Source: Candidatus Krumholzibacteriia bacterium | GTDB lineage: Bacteria > Krumholzibacteriota > Krumholzibacteriia > LZORAL124-64-63 | Reading direction: 5' to 3' | DNA length: 23,122 nt | NCBI GenBank assembly: GCA_036351155.1 | Contig: JAZBOO010000273.1 | Span: 1-23,122, forward strand | Translations under genes and position numbers: made by a program | Part shown: piece by piece, positions 16,451 to 23,122 of the stretch | Position numbering within the stretch: position 1 is the stretch's first letter | Layout of the letters: each line of letters opens with the position of its first letter | Notes under the pieces: model-generated | Database searches by the model: none | What the model was told of the DNA's origin: nothing | The model's input: only the letters and a program-made list of their open reading frames with translations

Positions 16451-17827
16451 CTAGCTCACCTTCCCCTGGCTGGTCTCTCCCGAACGGGCGGCCACGATGC
16501 CGGCGGACTGCTCCTGCAAGATGTGCATGATGTGCCTGCTGCGACCCGACACCAGCGTGTGCAACAGCACGATGGGAATGGCCACCGTCAGACCCAGCAC
16601 GGTGGTCACCAGAGCCTGGCTGATACCGCCCGCCATCAACTTGGGATCGCCGGTGCCAAACAGGGTGATGGCCTGGAAGGTGACGATCATGCCGGTCACC
16701 GTGCCCAGGAGCCCCAGCAGCGGCGCCACCACGCTGATGATCTTGATGAACAGCAACGAGCGAGTCAGGCGCGGCATCTCGCGGAAGATGGCCTCGCCCA
16801 GTTTCAGTTCAAGCGTTTCGGTATCGGCGGTGCCCTGTTCCTCGGCCACCATCAACACGCGGCCCAGCGGATTGCCGGCGTCGGGCTTCGGGTTCTTGAC
16901 CTGAGCCGACACCTTGCCGCCGATCAGGCTCAGAGTGATCAGCCGTTCCAGGGAAAGAAGCAGCCCGATGATCCCCAGCCCGATGATCACATAACCGATG
17001 AGCCCACCCTGGCTGATCCGCTCGGAAAGACCAGGGCGGTCCAGGTAGGTGGCCAGGATTTGCCCCCGGGTGGGGTCGACCCCGAACACCACACTGCCGC
17101 TGGTGGCCTTGACCAGCTCGGCAGCGGTCTTGGTGAAGCGCCCCTGAGGCTGCCTCCCCAGTTCGCTAAGATTCCCCGTTTCCGGGGTGTACTGCAGATA
17201 ACCGGCACTGGACACGATGTTGAAGCCGCCCACGCGCACCACATCGGTCTCGATCTCCTGGCCCCCGGTGGCAATGACCTTGGCCGGGAACTTGACCACC
17301 TTGCCGGTCTCGGTCATTTCCTGCTGGAGCAGGAACCACAGCTGTTCAATTTCCTCGATGGTCGGCAGGGAAGAATCAGATGAAAGCTTGCTGTTCAGCC
17401 GGACCAGAAAGTCGCTTCGGTCGGGGAACTGGGCACTGGTCACCGAGTTTTCCAGGAGCCCCTGGGTATCTCCCGTGACCTGTTGCAACACCCCGAAGAG
17501 TTCCTTCATGGAACCCAGGCGGCGATCCAGCTGATCGGTCACCTCGACAATGCGCAGATCGTTCTCGTTGTAGGTCGTTTCCAGCTGTTCGCTCCGACGC
17601 TCGGCTTCGCGCAGTTCGCGTCGGGCATCGTTCAGCATCTGTTGTTGCTGGTCACGGGCCGCCCGGAATTCCGCTTCGCGCTGACGGTACAGAGCCTCGT
17701 CGGCCGTCCGTCCCCGTTGCACCTGTTTCAGCAACTCGTCCAGGTTTCCAGCCTGGTTTTGATCCTGGGCCATCACCGGGACAGCCACCAGCAGAACCAT
17801 CAGCAGAAGGAGGATGCGCTTGCTCAT
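16451..17827 (-). CDS. TtpC-like protein: periplasmic coiled-coil N-terminus fused to an ExbB-type channel domain
   Basis: Signal peptide, long coiled coil, DPTRG motif, and C-terminal APLLGLLGTVTGMI...GDPKLMAGGISQALVTT. Confidence 0.85.
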   Translation of the reverse strand: MSKRILLLLMVLLVAVPVMAQDQNQAGNLDELLKQVQRGRTADEALYRQREAEFRAARDQQQQMLNDARRELREAERRSEQLETTYNENDLRIVEVTDQLDRRLGSMKELFGVLQQVTGDTQGLLENSVTSAQFPDRSDFLVRLNSKLSSDSSLPTIEEIEQLWFLLQQEMTETGKVVKFPAKVIATGGQEIETDVVRVGGFNIVSSAGYLQYTPETGNLSELGRQPQGRFTKTAAELVKATSGSVVFGVDPTRGQILATYLDRPGLSERISQGGLIGYVIIGLGIIGLLLSLERLITLSLIGGKVSAQVKNPKPDAGNPLGRVLMVAEEQGTADTETLELKLGEAIFREMPRLTRSLLFIKIISVVAPLLGLLGTVTGMIVTFQAITLFGTGDPKLMAGGISQALVTTVLGLTVAIPIVLLHTLVSGRSRHIMHILQEQSAGIVAARSGETSQGKVS

Positions 17828-18612
17828 TTCGCCACCTCCGGAGCCGGAACTTCAAGGAGCAGGAGATCGGGAGCCACCAGCTTGCGAGCAATGCGGATAC
17901 CCTGCCGGACCTGGTTACGGCTGTTGCCGTCGTTCATGGGTTTCCATTGCTTGGCTGCCATGTCCCAGAGCCCCGTGGCCGAGGCATCGTTGGTCTGGTA
18001 GTACAGCTGGACCCGGCCCAGGCGCAGCACGTTGACCTCCAGGTTGGCCCCGTCGATCACCAGCGCGTCCTTGTAGATCTCGATGGTCCGGCCGAAGTCG
18101 TTCTCGATCTGGAAGGCCTCGGTCAAGCTGCGGAATTTCTCGGCCAGGGTGACGTCGGCCCGTTCCATGATGCCGCGCAACCGGTCGACCCGGTTGAGGC
18201 GCTCTTCCAGAAGGAAGGGCAGGTCCAGCTGAATGAACTGCTCCAGACCGTCCAGCATGCGGATCATCAGCGGCATGATCTGACGTTCCACCACGCCCAC
18301 CTGGTCCAGGGAGGATTGCAGGTCGCGCAGCTCCTGTTCCTGGCTGGTGATCTGCCGCTGGATGTAATCGTTGTAGACCTTCAGCCCGTCGAGCTGCTTC
18401 AGGATCTGCTTGTACTCGTTTTCGAGCTCGGAGGTCTCGCCGACCACCTGGTCGACGCGCTCCTGCGAGGCCTGGGCCAGCTGCACCCGGTCGGTGCCGG
18501 CGCGCAAGACCTGATCCAGATCGGTGGCCTCACTACCCGGAGCGATGGCCAGAACCACCAAACAGGCAGGGACAACCCGCAATAACGTGCGAAATGCTGG
18601 ACTGAACGTCAT
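17824..18612 (-). CDS. DUF3450-type periplasmic coiled-coil protein (TtpB-like)
   Basis: Signal peptide, DLPFLLEER, EKFR...IENDFGRT and LRLGRV motifs; first gene of the cluster; GGAGGAG SD before ATG 18612. Confidence 0.82.
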   Translation of the reverse strand: MTFSPAFRTLLRVVPACLVVLAIAPGSEATDLDQVLRAGTDRVQLAQASQERVDQVVGETSELENEYKQILKQLDGLKVYNDYIQRQITSQEQELRDLQSSLDQVGVVERQIMPLMIRMLDGLEQFIQLDLPFLLEERLNRVDRLRGIMERADVTLAEKFRSLTEAFQIENDFGRTIEIYKDALVIDGANLEVNVLRLGRVQLYYQTNDASATGLWDMAAKQWKPMNDGNSRNQVRQGIRIARKLVAPDLLLLEVPAPEVAK

Positions 18613-18668
18613 TCCCGTCTCCTCCGGGTAATCACCCATGCGAAGTTCAAAAATCTGTGAGCCTTGGC

Positions 18669-18697
18669 ACCATATAGTATCCGGAACCCCGGGGCAA
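18669..18697 (-). promoter_or_regulatory. Possible sigma70 promoter for the ttp-tonB operon
   Basis: TTGCCC, 17-nt spacer, TATGGT, about 55 bp upstream of the ttpB-like start. Confidence 0.4.
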
Positions 18698-18873
18698 GCG
18701 ACTCCCTGCCCCATTTTTGGCCGGACCACGATTTCCGTTGACTTTGGTCGGGCAAATATCTAAAAAATACCCCACGGGCGCTCGTCGCCCGGTTGCCGTC
18801 CCCAAGCCCTGCCCCCCCGGACCGGATGCGTAAGGCGGCATGATATACGTTCCATTTTCAGGGGGGTTCCCAG

Positions 18874-19395
18874 GTGTCCGCCGTATCGCGTTCCTCCGTC
18901 CTTGTCAAAGCTTCCCGCACGGGGCTGGGGCTGTTTGCTCAGATCCCTTTCCAGCCGGGTGATCGTATCCTCAAGCTGGACGGCCCAAGGTTCAATCGGG
19001 ACAATCCCATTCACCAGACCGAATCCGGAGCCAACCTGCTGCAAACCGGCTGGCGCACTTACATCCTGCTGAAGGCTCCCGCCGTTTATGCCAACCACTC
19101 CTGCGATCCCAATGCCGGCATCAAGGATAACCGGGAGCTTGTGGCGATCCGCGCCATCGCTCCGGGCGAAGAGATCTGCTTCGACTACTCCACCACCATG
19201 GCCGAGAACTTCTGGACCATGCGTTGCCTCTGTGGATCACCTCAGTGCAGAGGTACGGTCAAGGACTTCCGGGAGTTGCCTCCCCCGGTTCAAAAACGAT
19301 ATCTGGACCTGGGTCTGGTGCAGAAATTCATAGCCCGCGGCCAAGTCCGGACCCTGAACAAGCGTCATGACAACAGCGGCCAGACCGGGGCCTGA
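18874..19395 (+). CDS. SET-domain protein-lysine methyltransferase with post-SET Cys motif
   Basis: GLGLFA, NHSCDPN, AIRAIAPGEEICFDY and CLCGSPQCRG motifs. Confidence 0.92.
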   Translation: MSAVSRSSVLVKASRTGLGLFAQIPFQPGDRILKLDGPRFNRDNPIHQTESGANLLQTGWRTYILLKAPAVYANHSCDPNAGIKDNRELVAIRAIAPGEEICFDYSTTMAENFWTMRCLCGSPQCRGTVKDFRELPPPVQKRYLDLGLVQKFIARGQVRTLNKRHDNSGQTGA

Positions 19396-19398
19396 GCC

Positions 19399-20145
19399 AT
19401 GGGCCAGGTGACCATCACGCACCATTCCATTGACGGATTTCGCCTGGAAGAGGGAAACCTGGTGGCCGACAAGTATCTGGTGGTGGAGACCCTGGGCAAG
19501 GGGTGGGAAGGCGAGGTTTATCTGGTCCGGGAAAAAAGCACCGGGATTGAACGATCGTTGAAGATCTACTACCCGCGGCGCAACCCCGGCAATCGCACCG
19601 TCCGCCAGAACGCGCGCAAGCTGCACAAGCTGCGCGACTGCCCCATTTTGATCCAGTACCGCACCCAGGAAAAGGCGGAAATCGGCGGACAACTGGTGAC
19701 CATGCTGGTGGCCGATTTTGCCGAAGGGGAATCGCTCTACTCTCTGCTGGGGAGGCAGCCCGGACGGCGGCTGGATTTCTTCCAGGGCCTGCACCTGCTC
19801 CACAGCTTGGCCCTGGGCATGGAAAAAGTTCACCACCGCGGCGAGTACCACGGGGACATCCACGATGAGAACATCATCGTCCGCCGGGTGGGCCTGGGCT
19901 TCGAGATCCGTCTGCTCGACATGCTGGACCTGGGCCCCAGCCACCCGGCCCTGGTGCGCCGCGATGTCCACCAGATGATTCGCGTGTTCTACGATGCCCT
20001 GGGCGGGGCCAAGCACTACAAGAACCATCCGCCAGAGATCAAGTCGATCTGCTGCGGGCTGAAGAAGTCGTTGATGGACAGCAAGTTCCGCAACGCGGGC
20101 CAACTGCGGGTATTCCTGGAAGACCTGGAGTGGGTCACACGGTGA
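19399..20145 (+). CDS. Small atypical Ser/Thr protein kinase-like protein
   Basis: Gly-loop LGKGWEGEVY, SLK lysine and catalytic loop HGDIHDENI; DML replaces DFG and there is no recognisable APE; starts 3 nt after the SET gene. Confidence 0.78.
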   Translation: MGQVTITHHSIDGFRLEEGNLVADKYLVVETLGKGWEGEVYLVREKSTGIERSLKIYYPRRNPGNRTVRQNARKLHKLRDCPILIQYRTQEKAEIGGQLVTMLVADFAEGESLYSLLGRQPGRRLDFFQGLHLLHSLALGMEKVHHRGEYHGDIHDENIIVRRVGLGFEIRLLDMLDLGPSHPALVRRDVHQMIRVFYDALGGAKHYKNHPPEIKSICCGLKKSLMDSKFRNAGQLRVFLEDLEWVTR

Positions 20146-20233
20146 CCAGAACCCGACTTTGGGGATGCACCCTGCCCGATTTCCTAGTATTCTGATCAGA
20201 TATTAACACCTCTCTTTTCTCAAAGGATTATCC

Positions 20234-22828
20234 ATGACCCAGGAACCTCGTGACGAGACCGGTCTGCCCGGAGACTCCGACCGGACCCTCGACGCCGATG
20301 CCACCTTGCCGGTGGGTGAAGGAATGGCCTCCTCGCCGATCCCCGGAGTCCCGGCCACCATTGGCCCCTATCGCATCATCAGGCGGCTGGGCGAAGGCGG
20401 CATGGGCGAAGTTTACCTGGCCGACCAGACCCACCCCATCAAGCGGCTGGTGGCCCTCAAGATCATCAAGCTGGGGATGGACTCCCGCCAGGTGGTGGCG
20501 CGCTTCGAACTGGAACGGCAGACTCTGGCGCTCATGTCGCACCCCAATATCGCCCAGGTGTTCGACGCCGGGCAGACCGAACAGGGGCGGCCCTACTTTG
20601 TCATGGAGTATGTCGAGGGCATTGCCATCAATGCCTATTGCGATGCCCGCCGCCTGAGCACCGAGCAGCGCCTGGAACTGGTGGCCGAGGTGTGCGCCGG
20701 TGTCCAGCATGCCCACCAGAAGGCCATCATCCACCGCGACCTGAAGCCCGGGAACATTCTGATCACCGAGGTGGACGGCAAGCCGGTGCCCAAGATCATC
20801 GACTTCGGCGTGGCCCGCGCCACCGAGCAGCGCGAGCTGGAGCGCACCATGTTCACCCAGGCGGGGCACGTGGTGGGCACCCCGGCTTACATGAGTCCCG
20901 AGCAGACCGACCCGACCAACACCGACATCGACACCCGCACCGACATCTACTCCCTGGGCGTGGTGCTGTACGAATTGCTGGTGGGGTTCAAGCCTTTCGA
21001 CATCGCCTCGGTGTACTCGGCCGGGTACGATGCGATCATGAAGTTCGTACGCGAGCAGGAACCTCCGCGCCCCAGCCTGCGGTTCCGTGATGGAGGAGAG
21101 CAGACCACCGAGATCGCCCAGCGACACAGTACCGAACCGGCCAAGCTGGTGCGCACCTTGCGGGGTGACCTGGACTGGATCCTGCTGAAGGCTCTGGAGA
21201 AGGATCGGTCCCGGCGCTACGAAACCGCCAACGCCCTGGCCATGGACATTCGCCGCTACCTGGAGAACCAGCCGGTGCTGGCCAGTCCGCCCAGCGCGGC
21301 TTATCTGACCCGGAAGTTCGTCCGGCGGCATCGCGGCGGAGTGGCGGTGGCCCTGGCCACGGCGCTGGTGCTGATCGCCTTCACGGTGACCACCTCGATC
21401 CAGAAACGCGCCATTTCTCAGGCCCGGGACGTGGCCGAGCTGGAATCGGCCAAGGCCAACGCTATCAACAACTTCCTCAAGGACATGCTGATCAATAGTG
21501 ATCCCTGGTCCAGCGGCGACCATGACCTCACGGTGGTCGAAGCCATGGACGCGGCCCGGGCCGATGTGGACTCCATCTTTGCCGAGCAGCTCCTGGTGGC
21601 CGCCGAGATGCACGCCACCATGGGCCAGACCTATCTGGGACTGGGGAAACTGACCGAGGCCGAGGAGGAAATACGCCAGGGAATCGCTCAGCGGGTGGCC
21701 CAGCTGGGAAACGACCATATCGACCTCGCCGACAGTTACCTCAATCTGTCCAAGCTCCAGCGCCTCAACATGGTTCCGGACGAGGGCATTGCCGCGGCCG
21801 AGGAGGTGGTGCGGATTCGCAAGATGCATCTGCCCGAAAACCATCCCGACATCCTGGCCGGCTACGACAATCTGGCCGAACTTTACCTCAGCGACCGGAA
21901 ATTTGCGGAGGCTGATTCAGCACTGGATCTGGCCGATCAGATCGTGGCCGCCTCGCAGGTCGATATGCGGCAACAGACAGCTTCCATTTTGAGTCTCCGG
22001 GCCCGGGTGGCCGCAGAATCTCGCAATGATATGGCCGAAGCCGATTCGCTGAGCCGGGAAGGCATCCGCCTGCTGAAGGCAAGCAACCCCAACTCACCAT
22101 TGCTGCCCATCTACCTGAACAACATGGCCGTCAACCAGGTGATTTCCGGGGATCTGGAAGGGGCTCAGGAAACCTACCAGGAATCCCTGGACCTGGTGGT
22201 GCGGCTGTTCGGTGAAGATCATCCAGAATACGCCATTGTGCGCGAGAACCTGGGCGGGATCGCCTATCGGCAGGGCAATTACGAGGAGTGCCTGGCCAAC
22301 CTGGAAAAGGTGCGGGATATCCGGGCCCGCAACATGGGTGAAGACCACCCCACGGTGATGCGCACCATGCTGAACATGGCCACGGTGGCCAACGGCATGG
22401 GCAACTCGGAGAAGGCGATCAGGATTTACGAGGAAGTGTTGCCCCTCCTGACAGAAGTGAACGGGGAAGTGCACCTGGACACGGCCACCACCCTGCGCAA
22501 CCTGGCGCTGGCCTTGAAGGACGCCGGCCGTTACTCCGAGGCCGAGAAGGTGATCGCCCGCGCGCGGCCCATTTTCGTGGAACTGTTCGGGGAGTCCCAT
22601 TCCAAGGTGGCCCTGGTTGATGGAGACCTGGGCGTGGTCAGAATGCACCAAGGGCGCTGGAGCGAGGCGGAAACCTTGACCTTGAGCAGCCTGGAAATGT
22701 TCGAAGAGACTCTGGAACGTGAAGATCCCCGCATTCAGAAAGCCGCGGTTCTTCTGGTCAAGATCTACGAGGAGCTGGGGCGGCCCGAGGAGGCGGCGAG
22801 GTACCGGGGGTACGCGGTAAAAGATTGA
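20234..22828 (+). CDS. Hanks-type Ser/Thr kinase with a TM segment and C-terminal TPR repeats
   Basis: LGEGGMGEVY, VALK, HRDLKPGN, DFG, GTPAYMSPEQ and DIYSLG motifs; TM segment GVAVALATALVLIAFTVT; repeated 'GEDHP..A..NL' TPR units. Confidence 0.93.
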   Translation: MTQEPRDETGLPGDSDRTLDADATLPVGEGMASSPIPGVPATIGPYRIIRRLGEGGMGEVYLADQTHPIKRLVALKIIKLGMDSRQVVARFELERQTLALMSHPNIAQVFDAGQTEQGRPYFVMEYVEGIAINAYCDARRLSTEQRLELVAEVCAGVQHAHQKAIIHRDLKPGNILITEVDGKPVPKIIDFGVARATEQRELERTMFTQAGHVVGTPAYMSPEQTDPTNTDIDTRTDIYSLGVVLYELLVGFKPFDIASVYSAGYDAIMKFVREQEPPRPSLRFRDGGEQTTEIAQRHSTEPAKLVRTLRGDLDWILLKALEKDRSRRYETANALAMDIRRYLENQPVLASPPSAAYLTRKFVRRHRGGVAVALATALVLIAFTVTTSIQKRAISQARDVAELESAKANAINNFLKDMLINSDPWSSGDHDLTVVEAMDAARADVDSIFAEQLLVAAEMHATMGQTYLGLGKLTEAEEEIRQGIAQRVAQLGNDHIDLADSYLNLSKLQRLNMVPDEGIAAAEEVVRIRKMHLPENHPDILAGYDNLAELYLSDRKFAEADSALDLADQIVAASQVDMRQQTASILSLRARVAAESRNDMAEADSLSREGIRLLKASNPNSPLLPIYLNNMAVNQVISGDLEGAQETYQESLDLVVRLFGEDHPEYAIVRENLGGIAYRQGNYEECLANLEKVRDIRARNMGEDHPTVMRTMLNMATVANGMGNSEKAIRIYEEVLPLLTEVNGEVHLDTATTLRNLALALKDAGRYSEAEKVIARARPIFVELFGESHSKVALVDGDLGVVRMHQGRWSEAETLTLSSLEMFEETLEREDPRIQKAAVLLVKIYEELGRPEEAARYRGYAVKD

Positions 22829-22859
22829 GTGTGCCACGGAAATTGTTTCTAACTTTTTC

Positions 22860-22882
22860 CCCATGGCGCGCTCCGCCATGGG
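22860..22882. terminator. Hairpin between the convergent kinase and the last ORF
   Basis: CCCATGGCG-CGCTC-CGCCATGGG, a 9-bp perfect stem; only a short T-run follows. Confidence 0.4.
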
Positions 22883-22893
22883 AGACTTTCTAA

Positions 22894-23122
22894 TCAGTAC
22901 GCATACTTCAGTTCATGCTTCGTGTTCTTTCCAATCGCCGGCGTTTCCACGGCCCGATCATAGTACTCTGCCCAGCGCGGCGGTAAATCCACGTGACTAC
23001 GGAAGATGCGCTGGCTCAAGATCTCCTCGACGGTCAACGGATGGTCCGTCAATCCCTTCAGCATCGCCGGTGTGGGGCTCCCTCTCTCCTTCTCTCGACG
23101 CCCCTTCATGTAGTTCCGCCAC
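22894..23122 (-). CDS. 3' end of a protein with an IS1-like transposase C-terminal motif; truncated by the window edge
   Basis: Frame is open to the edge: ...WRNYMKGRREKERGSPTPAMLKGLTDHPLTVEEILSQR... The 'NY...TPAM..GLTDHP.T.EE.L' pattern resembles IS1-family DDE transposase tails. Confidence 0.45.
   Translation of the reverse strand, partial: WRNYMKGRREKERGSPTPAMLKGLTDHPLTVEEILSQRIFRSHVDLPPRWAEYYDRAVETPAIGKNTKHELKYAY

Noticed and set aside
18665..18680. TGGCAC as a second sigma54 promoter
   Set aside because: There is no GC at the -12 position (GG-N10-TA).
1..23122. CRISPR array, tRNA or rRNA genes
   Set aside because: No regularly spaced direct repeats or structural RNA signatures seen; nearly all sequence is protein-coding.

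Overview
GC-rich bacterial chromosomal window. A secreted beta-propeller with a 'PNPFNP...DLSGRRV...SGVY' C-terminal sorting domain suggests an FCB-group lineage (inference). In order it contains: a partial PAS-domain regulator divergent from a sigma54-promoter-preceded trxA; two alkaline-phosphatase-superfamily enzymes; an EEP lipoprotein; a PEP synthase/PPDK regulatory protein; a metB + ACT-less aspartokinase-homoserine dehydrogenase operon; an LVIVD-repeat protein; an old yellow enzyme; deoD; a TonB-dependent receptor; a six-gene ttpB-ttpC-exbB-exbD-tonB-ttpD energiser cluster; a SET methyltransferase; two Ser/Thr kinases; and a partial IS1-like ORF. The main discovery is upstream of metB on the minus strand. 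A sigma70 promoter, a 35-codon Met-rich leader peptide (8 Met, no Thr/Ile/Lys/Cys) and mutually exclusive antiterminator/terminator hairpins together look like a complete methionine-sensing, ribosome-mediated transcription attenuator.
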